Below, piece after piece: positions 20,111 to 29,166 of a stretch of 52,753 bases of DNA. The number at the start of each line of letters is the position of its first letter. Position 1 is the stretch's first letter. The position numbers and the translations under genes were made by a program. The stretch lies in NCBI GenBank assembly GCA_030749035.1, contig JASMKV010000329.1, positions 1 through 52,753 on the forward strand, in the 5' to 3' direction. The notes beneath the pieces were generated by a model. That model was not told the DNA's origin. It made no database searches and saw only the letters and a list, made by a program, of their open reading frames with translations. This DNA comes from Myxococcota bacterium. GTDB taxonomy: Bacteria > Myxococcota > XYA12-FULL-58-9 > JASMKV01.

Positions 20111-21595
20111 CTAGAAGCATTCGCTACGTACTGCGTGCTCAATATAACCGATCTCATCTTTCCAGTATTCCCGCCGAAAACCCCAATGCTGCCATTGGTC
20201 GTTGGGAATCGCTGGACGGGGCAAACGAGCTCGTCTTCCTTTAAGAATTTCTTTTCCTTGTTCGAGCCACTTTCTCTCAGCGTCTGTGACCTCAAAATCG
20301 AGAATATTGATTTGATTTTGAAAATGCTGCAACATCACCTCTCGGTTACGAAGCTGCATACGGGCCCAGTTTCCTACCGCCGGTTCAAGCTGTTCTTGCT
20401 GCGAGATCAACACGGCTGTTAAATCATCCTGCAGTCGCGTAGAGCGCCAGGTGGCCATATTGGCAACGGCCTTTTTCTCCCACTCAATATGGGTCAAAAG
20501 ATAGTGGAAATCCTTGAAACGTTTTGTGTGACGCACTGAACGCGAGAGCTCTATAGAATAATTCGGATTGGAATCAGCGATCACGTGCCGATAATATTCC
20601 GCTGGAGCTCGAGATTCCTCCAAGTAGACACGAAGATCTGAAAGCATCGGATCATAATTTTCTTTGAAATAATCGACAGCCAGCCGCACACGATCCCATT
20701 GACATAAAACGAAGTATGTCGTCCCTTGCACAACATAAGCCTCAGGCATGTGACGCTTAGAGAAATAAGGCGCGGTTGCACTTTGCAGCTCGCCTAAGGT
20801 CTTGCCATATTCTTCCAAGCGGAAATAGGCCCATGCATTCTCATACATCGCGGTAAACCAAGACTCGCTAAAACGTGGCACCTCTTTAAAGCCCTCAGCC
20901 GCTTCACGATATTGTCCCAAGCCATATTTAACACGAGCCGCCGCCAGCTTAGACATGTCGCTGATGTATTTATGGTCCTCATCACTGGTGTCGTGATACA
21001 TCTGAGAGATTGCCCCAAAATGCTGCAATGCCTTCTCTGGCTGACCACGACGAATACTTAAAATCCCCAACAAATAACGGGCGCGCGGATAATAACGACT
21101 GTCATCAGCAACATACTCTAAAAATGCCTGGGCATCCTGATTCTTGCGCTGTCGAAAGGACAATTCCCCAACCATATAGTTGATTTGTGCAATCGAAGCA
21201 GAATCCAGCTGACCAAACGCATCTGGATTTAACCCATCGTTGATAAGATTTGGCACAATAAGGTGATCATGCAATTTGCGCTGAATATCCAACAAACCTT
21301 CGATGGCGTTAAAGTAATAACGGTTTCGAGGACCAATCTTAAATAGGTCAGAATAGTAAAAAAGCGCAGGAAGATAGAGTTCAAGTTTACGTAAACCTTC
21401 TGCCAAATAAATCTGTGCCTGATCGCGGTTATCCGGGTTGGCATCATTTAAGAGCACATCATAAAGTGCAAACACGGCTTGTTCGTATTTGTGGTCTTTA
21501 TAAAGTGAGAGCCCTTCATCCAAAGACTGGGCGTGTAACGCCACAGGGGATAAAATCAGCCAGAAAACAAGTAAATTCTTTTTCCAAAGTGTCAT
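20111..21595 (-). CDS. gltC: GltC-like periplasmic TPR protein
   Basis: Signal peptide, TPRs, MYENAWAYF..LG.L...APYF and the characteristic C-terminal HWGFRREYWKDEIGYI..V.SEC. ATG 21595 has AGGTG upstream. Confidence 0.88.
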   Translation of the reverse strand: MTLWKKNLLVFWLILSPVALHAQSLDEGLSLYKDHKYEQAVFALYDVLLNDANPDNRDQAQIYLAEGLRKLELYLPALFYYSDLFKIGPRNRYYFNAIEGLLDIQRKLHDHLIVPNLINDGLNPDAFGQLDSASIAQINYMVGELSFRQRKNQDAQAFLEYVADDSRYYPRARYLLGILSIRRGQPEKALQHFGAISQMYHDTSDEDHKYISDMSKLAAARVKYGLGQYREAAEGFKEVPRFSESWFTAMYENAWAYFRLEEYGKTLGELQSATAPYFSKRHMPEAYVVQGTTYFVLCQWDRVRLAVDYFKENYDPMLSDLRVYLEESRAPAEYYRHVIADSNPNYSIELSRSVRHTKRFKDFHYLLTHIEWEKKAVANMATWRSTRLQDDLTAVLISQQEQLEPAVGNWARMQLRNREVMLQHFQNQINILDFEVTDAERKWLEQGKEILKGRRARLPRPAIPNDQWQHWGFRREYWKDEIGYIEHAVRSECF

Positions 21596-21604
21596 CAGTT
21601 GCAC

Positions 21605-22477
21605 CTACAGTAAAAAGCTCACGCCAATGAGGATCATTAATCGGTTTTGAATATCGGTATAAGTCCATCCAGCTTCCGTCGCGAGATCTGGATAAGCCAC
21701 ATCCCGTACTTCCACCCGATAGCCAAGAAAATCACTAAAGAACACACGCATACCGCCACCTAAGTGACCGGCAATTTTAAAACGATCGCTGCCACCTTCA
21801 GGGCTTCGCAAGCCTCGCCCAATGCCAACATCCTCGCCACAGCCATCTTGACTGGGCACACATGTTTCAAGCGTACTGGTTAAACCAAAGCCTGCTGAAA
21901 GATAGACATCATAATCCATCACCCAGTCGTAAAAGACCATTTTGCCGTAAAGTGCGGAGAACTGGGCACTCAAGGCACCAAAATAATTCATTTGCTTGAG
22001 GTCAACAACTTCAGGTGTCAATGACTCATACTCATACACATCGTAAACAAGCCCCGCATAATAGGCACCGAAAAGAAAAGGTATCGTCGTTGTAAAATCC
22101 AAAGCCAGATTTTCACGCATATGATAGGTTGCGGAAAACCCCAGACCATAGTGACCCACAAACTTATTGTTCAAAGAAAACACGCCCAAAGGTGCAAACT
22201 CAAAAGCGCTCTTCTTAGAAAAAGCGCGACGCTGAATCAAATAAATCGACTGGTCTTTGGTGCCGCGTAAAACTGGATCAACATGTGTCCCAGGAATCGA
22301 TATCGGCTCCTCTTCGACCTCTGCCTCCATCTCTTCTGCTGATTCATCATCGGCTTCGGCTTCCGCTTCGGGATCATCCTCAAGCAGGTCCTCGAGTTCT
22401 GACAATTCATCCGCCAGAGCAAGTTGTGGCTGCCCCAAAAAGAAAAGGCCAATACAAAAAGCAATAAACAATCGCAT
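21605..22477 (-). CDS. GltA/GltB-type outer-membrane beta-barrel protein
   Basis: Signal peptide from ATG 22477 (GAAGGA RBS), acidic linker, IQRRAFSKKSAFEFAP, LYGKM, GGGMRVFFS..VEVRD, terminal GVSFLL; immediately upstream of gltC. Confidence 0.82.
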   Translation of the reverse strand: MRLFIAFCIGLFFLGQPQLALADELSELEDLLEDDPEAEAEADDESAEEMEAEVEEEPISIPGTHVDPVLRGTKDQSIYLIQRRAFSKKSAFEFAPLGVFSLNNKFVGHYGLGFSATYHMRENLALDFTTTIPFLFGAYYAGLVYDVYEYESLTPEVVDLKQMNYFGALSAQFSALYGKMVFYDWVMDYDVYLSAGFGLTSTLETCVPSQDGCGEDVGIGRGLRSPEGGSDRFKIAGHLGGGMRVFFSDFLGYRVEVRDVAYPDLATEAGWTYTDIQNRLMILIGVSFLL

Positions 22478-22488
22478 GCTAAATCCTT

Positions 22489-23274
22489 CTAAAAGAGCAA
22501 AAAGCTCAGGCCAAACTGACCAAACCAATGATGAGACGCATAGGAATCCTCGACCCCATCTTTGTCAAAATCAAACTTGTCGAAAAAGACCAAATCCCGA
22601 AACTCTGCACGCAGAGCTAAACGTTCAAGAAAAAAGAAACGAATACCGGCCCCAACCAGGCCATTGACTTTCATGCCATCTAAAAAGCCGCCCGCCCCAA
22701 AGCCTTGCGCTGAGAGCGTATAATCTGCTGCGGAGACGGGGTTAGACGCCTCGATATTGCGTGTGCCATTCACACCCAACCCGGCAAGGTAATAAATCTG
22801 CATACTCGCATCGAGCTCAGAAACCATATTGATTTTGCCGTAGAAAGGCGACCACTCAAAAATCGCATCGATCATACCTGTCATTTGCGCATAATCGGGC
22901 AAGTCAGGATTGATGTCGCAACCGCCCACCTCTGTACACTTGGTAATTTTATTTCCAATCACACCGGCAGGATCGGTGACAATATTGGTCAGCTGACCAT
23001 TGAGCATCCCGACACTCAATGCGGCCCCCATGGTGTCACTAAAGTGATACGTGAAATCCAGAACACCGCCCAGATGTTTCGTGTATTTGTCGATCATCGA
23101 TGTCGCGAAAAGCAAAGAAACCTCGCCGCGTCCTAACGTGGGATAACCGGAATCTTCAATCGCAGGCGCACCTGCAAAATCGCTGTCACCAAAAGGGTCA
23201 TTGGAATATTCAGGACCCGCTGCAAAAGCCGAACCTGCCAACAAAGTCCAAAGCAGAACTATTGTTATACGCAC
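22489..23274 (-). CDS. GltA/GltB-type outer-membrane beta-barrel protein (first gene of the operon)
   Basis: Signal peptide, WSPFYGKIN, GAGIRFF..ALRAEFRD, terminal GLSFLLF; paralogous to its neighbour; AAGGAG RBS before GTG. Confidence 0.82.
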   Translation of the reverse strand: MRITIVLLWTLLAGSAFAAGPEYSNDPFGDSDFAGAPAIEDSGYPTLGRGEVSLLFATSMIDKYTKHLGGVLDFTYHFSDTMGAALSVGMLNGQLTNIVTDPAGVIGNKITKCTEVGGCDINPDLPDYAQMTGMIDAIFEWSPFYGKINMVSELDASMQIYYLAGLGVNGTRNIEASNPVSAADYTLSAQGFGAGGFLDGMKVNGLVGAGIRFFFLERLALRAEFRDLVFFDKFDFDKDGVEDSYASHHWFGQFGLSFLLF

Positions 23275-23613
23275 ACCGCACTCCTTCTAAGAAGCATGTT
23301 AGTTGGCCATGTTCAGAAGACGCCCAGACGAAATAGACACGCTGCGCCATATCAAGCACACGTACTCGCACTGAGATCAAAAGACTTTGGCCACGTCAAG
23401 GCGGCGTTTCTTAGCAAAACTTGAGCGAATCTGCAACGCTATAACACCCGCTATCCACCTAAAATGCATGCAAAAATTACCCACCGAACGGCATAATAAG
23501 ATCAAAATCACAAAAAACTTGCCTGAATCCGCTAAAATGAGGCAAAAGGCCCCCTAAGAAACGCTATAAGTACCATTCGATCGCGCTTCCCCTTAAGGAA
23601 AAGGAGTCCCAAA

Positions 23614-24069
23614 GTGCCCTTAGTTGATCTGTTTTCAGAGCCTGAACGCTTCAAGGCACTCCTCAAAGATTCTGCCAAGCTGCTGGAAAATCAGGTCGCC
23701 AATAAAAAAGGACTCGCCGGTATGGCCATCAAAACCAGCTTTGGGGTCGTCAAACAAATGAAGCCGGGCTTTATTGAAGAAGTCTTAACCCATCTTTTAC
23801 CGAAGTTTCTGGAAAAACTTGAACCTTTTTACGCGCATTTTCAAAAAGAAGAATGGGAAAATTTTGCAACCTTCCTGCGCTCTAAGACCGAAGAAGTTGC
23901 CAATGCGCTCTTGAGTGTCACCGATCAAAGAGCCGCACAGACAGAACTGACCTCGCTGAAAAAAACCTACGAAAAATTGCGACCTGCCGCCCAGCGCCAT
24001 GTACAAGATGCCATCCCCGCTTTAGCGGAACTACTTGATAAGTACATCAAAACCGATCATAAAGGCTAA
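23614..24069 (+). CDS. Conserved helical hypothetical protein (DUF6918-like)
   Basis: KKGLAGMAIKT.F..VK..KPGF, LLP.F...LEPFY, VANALLSVTDQRA, YEKLRP.A..HV pattern; AAGGAG RBS. Family name is from memory. Confidence 0.7.
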   Translation: MPLVDLFSEPERFKALLKDSAKLLENQVANKKGLAGMAIKTSFGVVKQMKPGFIEEVLTHLLPKFLEKLEPFYAHFQKEEWENFATFLRSKTEEVANALLSVTDQRAAQTELTSLKKTYEKLRPAAQRHVQDAIPALAELLDKYIKTDHKG

Positions 24070-24072
24070 ATC

Positions 24073-24615
24073 ATGACAGAAGAGCCCAAAATCCCGCAAC
24101 GCTTCGAGGTCAAACTGGCCAGCATCGACCCAATCTTACCCAAATGCTGCACCGCCTGTTTGAGCGAAGACATCTCCGAAGAGCGACGTCACGCTTTTCG
24201 CCGCGCCGACGGTACCGTCGAACGGGTTTCGGTAGTGTACTGGCCCTATTGCCAAAAATGTCATCAAGGTTTGGCCAAACTTGATCGGGCCCAAAGCCTC
24301 CTCACCTTGATTGGATTTATTCAAATGTGCTTGGTCATCTACGCCATTGGCGCGTCGATGGATTACTACGATTTTTGGATGCCCGTAAGTGGCCTCTTTG
24401 CCTTGTTTTTCTGGGTGTTTTTTCACTTTGGTAAGAAAGCACGAAGCCTATGGCGTTTCGAATGGGCGCGCATCGAAGATGTCTACAAGGGCGGTTTTGG
24501 CGCCAACTACAGCTTTCGCTCTCGTGAATTTGCCCAGAAGTTTGCCGATACTAATCGAAAAAACGACGACGGGACGGCCGAAAACACCACACCAGAAGCC
24601 CCAGCAGCAGATTAA
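24073..24615 (+). CDS. Hypothetical membrane protein with putative Zn-binding Cys pairs
   Basis: LPKCCTAC...PYCQKC followed by two hydrophobic helices; starts 3 nt after the upstream stop. Confidence 0.65.
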   Translation: MTEEPKIPQRFEVKLASIDPILPKCCTACLSEDISEERRHAFRRADGTVERVSVVYWPYCQKCHQGLAKLDRAQSLLTLIGFIQMCLVIYAIGASMDYYDFWMPVSGLFALFFWVFFHFGKKARSLWRFEWARIEDVYKGGFGANYSFRSREFAQKFADTNRKNDDGTAENTTPEAPAAD

Positions 24616-26644
24616 AGAACATATGGCTTGGCGGCTCTTCTGAACTCAGCGCACAAGCACAACCGCCAGATTCGGGTACTGTCGGCTCTACAGGCGGCAG
24701 CACTGGACCATCCTTTCGCCAACATTGACCTTCACCAGAAAGAATCAGGCACTCAAATTCATCGTTCACCCCATCCCCATCCAGATCTTCATCTGGACAA
24801 CCTTCCTTCGTCACCACATTACAGCCGCTCGTGCATGCTGCCTGCCCGCCATAACGTAAACAATCCCCCGAAGCACAATCCGCATTCACATTGCAGGCTT
24901 GACCAACTTCAGCCGCCAAAACATCCATGGGCGGCTCACATAAACTAAACGCATTACAACCATCGTTATACGTGTTGCACGATTGTCCTGAACGACAGTC
25001 GGCAACAGAATCGCACAATGCAAAGCATTTTGAATTTGTGACCTGATCAAGATAAAAACACCCCGCATCGCCAGAACAAATGCTTTTTTCACTGGTCACA
25101 CAAGATTCATTTTCCGTGCGGATATCAAAACAACCACCATGGGGCATCGCACTCGAATCCGCATTACAATTGCCCGATTCGGTAATGCCAAAACAGCAGG
25201 TCTGTTCTGGGTTTTCACAGGGTTTATCAAAAGCATTACAGTATTCGACGCAATTGCCCTCCTGCCCATTCGAGGGGTTATTATAATCGTAACAGCGCAA
25301 ACGAAACAAAAAGCAAACCAAGCCGCCACCACAAATACCGTAAGCATCATCATCGGTGGAACCCGGATTATACCCAATATAACACAAGTCATTTTTGACA
25401 CCCAAATTGCTATTCGCATTCACCGTACCGCATAGACTCATGTCGCCGGGCCAACACACCGCGGAGTTGTCATCGGTGCCGAGGCAGCCAAAGCCCGTTG
25501 GACAATTACTGCCTAAGTCATCCGAATTGACACAAGATTGCGTGCAAATAGAATTGCCACTATCATCATGCACGCAAAGGCCATTAAAACATTCAGTCCC
25601 ATCGCCACAGGGCGCACAAAGGTCGGAAGGAAACCCTTCGTCATCGACAATATCGACAACCGCATCACCAGTGGCATTAAGGCCTGGCTTACAAAATGCA
25701 TCCTCGCCACAAACCGCCGCATCATTACAACACACAAAACCAGCACCACAGTCATCGGTCGTCGTGCATTCGGCGGCACACCAACCATAACCGGCTTCGG
25801 CTGCGGCACCGACCACGCAAACGTGATCGCCTGGACATGTATGCGTACCCGTCGTACACCGTTCTCCCGTAAAACGGTCATAAGAGCCGTCAACCCGCGG
25901 CGGGTAAATCGTGCAAATGGCGGTTTCTTCATGCACACTCAAGTCGCTAAGCTGCGACGTCGATGAGCCTTCGGGAAACATCACCGCATCGGTACACTGC
26001 ACATGATCAAAACCAAAAAAGTGCCCGGCTTCATGCAAAGCCACCGCGTGGATATCGTAACAATCGTTCGCGCCTGCGGTGCAGCCTGAGTTCTCTGCAC
26101 GCCATTGGTAATCAATGCCATTGAATTCCATATCACCGGTCACCACAAACCCTGAATCGCTAAAATGCAGATTGGTGGTCAGCCCCACTGTACCACTGTC
26201 CAAACCGGTTGGTCTCTCCGCTTCATCTTTGACCCAGTAAATAATATTCTTCATCTCATCGATGGGCGTAATCAGCTCACCATCATCATTATAGCTTTCA
26301 CCACGATCTCTGTCTGGGTAATCCACATTATCAACATTATAACCATCATCCATCTGAATGTTGGGCGTCACACCACTGCCGGTACAATCGACCATCAACC
26401 ATTTGCTGAACGCATCATTGACGGCGCCAATCGCAGTCGCTGCCGTAATGTCCGACTGTTCCGGACCATCTTCCTGATAGCGAATAATGATTTTATTTTC
26501 ACTGGCGGGGGGAACAATGGCCCAATGATCTCCGCGCGGATAGTAAGTCGCACTGGAGCCACACTCCAACGCACTGGCATCAACCTGCGCCAAAGCCATA
26601 CTGGTCGGTAACAAAACGCAAAGCAGCGCCAGAAACCTTACCAT
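24551..26644 (-). CDS. Secreted matrixin-like (metzincin) metalloprotease with Cys-rich repeats and MYXO-CTERM sorting tail
   Basis: Signal peptide from ATG 26644; GDMEFN, HEAGHFFGFDH (HExxHxxGxxH) and AVMFP Met-turn; many C-x4-5-C-x5-C repeats; C-terminal GGCAC + hydrophobic helix + RRR. Confidence 0.88.
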   Translation of the reverse strand: MVRFLALLCVLLPTSMALAQVDASALECGSSATYYPRGDHWAIVPPASENKIIIRYQEDGPEQSDITAATAIGAVNDAFSKWLMVDCTGSGVTPNIQMDDGYNVDNVDYPDRDRGESYNDDGELITPIDEMKNIIYWVKDEAERPTGLDSGTVGLTTNLHFSDSGFVVTGDMEFNGIDYQWRAENSGCTAGANDCYDIHAVALHEAGHFFGFDHVQCTDAVMFPEGSSTSQLSDLSVHEETAICTIYPPRVDGSYDRFTGERCTTGTHTCPGDHVCVVGAAAEAGYGWCAAECTTTDDCGAGFVCCNDAAVCGEDAFCKPGLNATGDAVVDIVDDEGFPSDLCAPCGDGTECFNGLCVHDDSGNSICTQSCVNSDDLGSNCPTGFGCLGTDDNSAVCWPGDMSLCGTVNANSNLGVKNDLCYIGYNPGSTDDDAYGICGGGLVCFLFRLRCYDYNNPSNGQEGNCVEYCNAFDKPCENPEQTCCFGITESGNCNADSSAMPHGGCFDIRTENESCVTSEKSICSGDAGCFYLDQVTNSKCFALCDSVADCRSGQSCNTYNDGCNAFSLCEPPMDVLAAEVGQACNVNADCASGDCLRYGGQAACTSGCNVVTKEGCPDEDLDGDGVNDEFECLILSGEGQCWRKDGPVLPPVEPTVPESGGCACALSSEEPPSHMFFNLLLGLLVWCFRPSRRRFFD

Positions 26645-27219
26645 CCTTGCACCTCGCTCGACCACGGCAACACCGGTTGACCAGTCAGAATCTCGATGCG
26701 TTTAACGTATTCCTTTAAGGGCTCAGGCGTTTGTAAGAGATTGATTTTCCCGCTGGTCTGACTTGTGCGCGTCAAATAGAGCCCGTCCATCTGCCGAAAA
26801 ACAAAAGCCTCACCTTTTTCATTGAGCCGCACGCGCAAGAGTCCATAGGACAAACCCAGCGGCCAAAAGACATCACCGTGACGCTCAAGATAGCCTAAAA
26901 CAATATCTCCAACGGCCAATCTCGGCGCCCCTGAGGTCACCGCTTTGAGCCCATTGGGCAGCTCACCACCGGGTACTTCAAGCGTGACAAAACGGGTCGC
27001 TTCTGCGCCTAATAAATGCTGATTGATTTGCAAAACCGCCCTGGTGACAATTTCCTTGCCACCCTTGACCCCCACGGCTGTATGCACCACGCTTCCCATC
27101 ACAATCACATCAGAGCGCGACACCAGATCTTGTTCACTCAACGCCACAACGCTGGAGGCGTGCGCAACGGTTGGGATAGCAAGAAGCACAAAAACGCTTA
27201 ACCACTTAAACAACGTCAA
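26638..27219 (-). CDS. Secreted hypothetical protein, partner of the downstream protease
   Basis: Signal peptide (AHA|S); LSEQDLVSRSDVIVMGSV...VPGGE...SGAPRL..GD..L.YL pattern, seen fused to or adjacent to matrixin-type proteases; CAGGAG RBS; 7-nt overlap with the protease start. Confidence 0.75.
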   Translation of the reverse strand: MTLFKWLSVFVLLAIPTVAHASSVVALSEQDLVSRSDVIVMGSVVHTAVGVKGGKEIVTRAVLQINQHLLGAEATRFVTLEVPGGELPNGLKAVTSGAPRLAVGDIVLGYLERHGDVFWPLGLSYGLLRVRLNEKGEAFVFRQMDGLYLTRTSQTSGKINLLQTPEPLKEYVKRIEILTGQPVLPWSSEVQGW

Positions 27220-27232
27220 TCTCCTGAAGTTC

Positions 27233-27249
27233 TCTTGAAGTATTCAAGA
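27233..27249. promoter_or_regulatory. Perfect inverted repeat TCTTGAA-N3-TTCAAGA, candidate operator
   Basis: Seen directly, 13 nt upstream of the 27219 start and next to a minus-strand TTGACA. Function is inferred only. Confidence 0.3.
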
Positions 27250-27369
27250 TCTTGTCAATGACTGCAAGGTTTACATGCATTTAGACGATTTAAAATATGT
27301 TTTAAAAACATCCCCTTAACGTGGCACACCATCGAGACCTTGATGCACAACACGAACTTAAAAGGGGTT

Positions 27370-29136
27370 TCAAGGCTGAGCTTCGATGTCTTCTGCCGGC
27401 CCAGGATCGCTTGTTGAATCTTCTGCCTCTGACACCTCGTCTACGCCAGAAGATTTCTCTGCCACGTCTGGCTGCTCTGAAGAAGCCCCCGTGTCCAGAG
27501 GCTCTTCTGGGGTCACATCGGGCTCGAGAGGCGTCTCCGTGACAACCTCACCGGCCGCATTGACCACAGGGATCCCTTGTATGGTGCGATTATGTTCGCG
27601 TATCTGTTCAACCGCATGCTCTTCCATTTCTCCAGGACCGCTGATCTCAATATTTTGCACTTTTTCAGTTTCTTTATCGGTTGCTGAAACCTGCACGATA
27701 CCGTCTGTATCAACCTCAAAAACAACTTCTATTTTCACCGTTCCTGCCGGTAAAGACTTTAAGTCGGGGAGTAAAAATTCGCCCAATGATTCAAATTCAT
27801 CAAAACTCAAATCAGAAGACTGCGCGATTTGAAACTTTAAGGACTCTTGATTGTCACGGGTCGTTGTAAATATTTTTCGTGAACGCGCCGGTACGGTTGT
27901 ATCTTTTTCAATCACCGTTTCAAACTTATTTCCCGTCACAACAAGCCCCAAGTGCTGGGGTGTCACATCAAGTAACAGCGTATCGAGTTCACCTTCTTTA
28001 AGCATGTAGCCTTGTACTGCTGCACCGCAGGCAACGGCCTCATCAGGATGCACTGCCTTGGATGGTGGCACGCCAAAAAAATCCTCTACCGCCGCTTGAA
28101 TCGTCAGCATTCGACTCATACCACCAATAAGAATAACCTGATCGATAGAGTCACCTTGTATATCTGCTGCATCCAGGGCTTTTTGACATATTTCGATGGT
28201 TTTATGCACCAAATCCTCAACCAACTCTGAAAGCTTTTCCCTATTCAAACGTAAGTCGACATTAATAAATGTTCCGTCCTCTTTTTTCGCCAAATAGGGC
28301 AAAGACAGATTCGACTCACTCTTTCCGGTCAACTCAACTTTCATCTTCTCTGCGGCTTGTTTAATGCGCGGCTTTAAATCCCTTTGAGCACGTAAATCAA
28401 CGCCATGTGTTTTTTCTATTTCTTCAAAAATCCAGTCGACAATGCGATGGTCAAAATCATCCCCACCTAGGTTTGCATCACCGGCTGTTGCCAGCACCTC
28501 AAAAACACCATCAGAGATATCCAAAAGAGAAATATCAAAAGTCCCGCCACCAATATCGTAGATGGCAACCCTTTGACCAAGTTTCTTACCAAAGCCATAA
28601 GCTAAAGCCGCCGCGGTTGGTTCATTGATAATGCGCACGACGGTTAAGCCGGCGATTTTTGCCGCATCACGGGTCGCCTGCCGCTGTCTATCGTTAAAAT
28701 GCGCCGGTACCGTCACAACCGCATATTCAACATCTTCGCCCAAGGCCTCTTCAGCCAAACTTTTGAGTTCCTCCAAAAGCATGGCACTTATTTGAACGAC
28801 CGGAACTTTTTTGCCTCCGAAATCAATTTCGACCGCATTGCTATCACTTGCACTCACATTAAAAGCGACTTTATCGGCAAATTCCTGTGTGTCTCTTGAA
28901 TTCCATCTCCGACCGATCAAGCGCTTAAATGAATAAAAGGTATTTTCTGGATTCGTGATGGCCTGCTCATGCGCCGCTGATCCTGCGATGCATTTACCTT
29001 CAGCGGTCAACGCCACCACGGATGGCACGGTGCGTTTATCGCCAGCACCAGAAAGTACACGTGGCCCCTCTTTATCAACTAAGGCCACACAAGAGTTGGT
29101 GGTGCCAAGATCAATTCCTATAATATGCGTCAACAT
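27370..29136 (-). CDS. Hsp70/DnaK-family paralog with truncated lid and acidic tail
   Basis: [63 protein letters not shown] and linker LLLDVTP. The C-terminal ~70 aa are low-complexity acidic. Confidence 0.92.
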   Translation of the reverse strand: MLTHIIGIDLGTTNSCVALVDKEGPRVLSGAGDKRTVPSVVALTAEGKCIAGSAAHEQAITNPENTFYSFKRLIGRRWNSRDTQEFADKVAFNVSASDSNAVEIDFGGKKVPVVQISAMLLEELKSLAEEALGEDVEYAVVTVPAHFNDRQRQATRDAAKIAGLTVVRIINEPTAAALAYGFGKKLGQRVAIYDIGGGTFDISLLDISDGVFEVLATAGDANLGGDDFDHRIVDWIFEEIEKTHGVDLRAQRDLKPRIKQAAEKMKVELTGKSESNLSLPYLAKKEDGTFINVDLRLNREKLSELVEDLVHKTIEICQKALDAADIQGDSIDQVILIGGMSRMLTIQAAVEDFFGVPPSKAVHPDEAVACGAAVQGYMLKEGELDTLLLDVTPQHLGLVVTGNKFETVIEKDTTVPARSRKIFTTTRDNQESLKFQIAQSSDLSFDEFESLGEFLLPDLKSLPAGTVKIEVVFEVDTDGIVQVSATDKETEKVQNIEISGPGEMEEHAVEQIREHNRTIQGIPVVNAAGEVVTETPLEPDVTPEEPLDTGASSEQPDVAEKSSGVDEVSEAEDSTSDPGPAEDIEAQP

Positions 29137-29166
29137 CGCTTATCTCGTATCCTTTAACCCTGCGTC

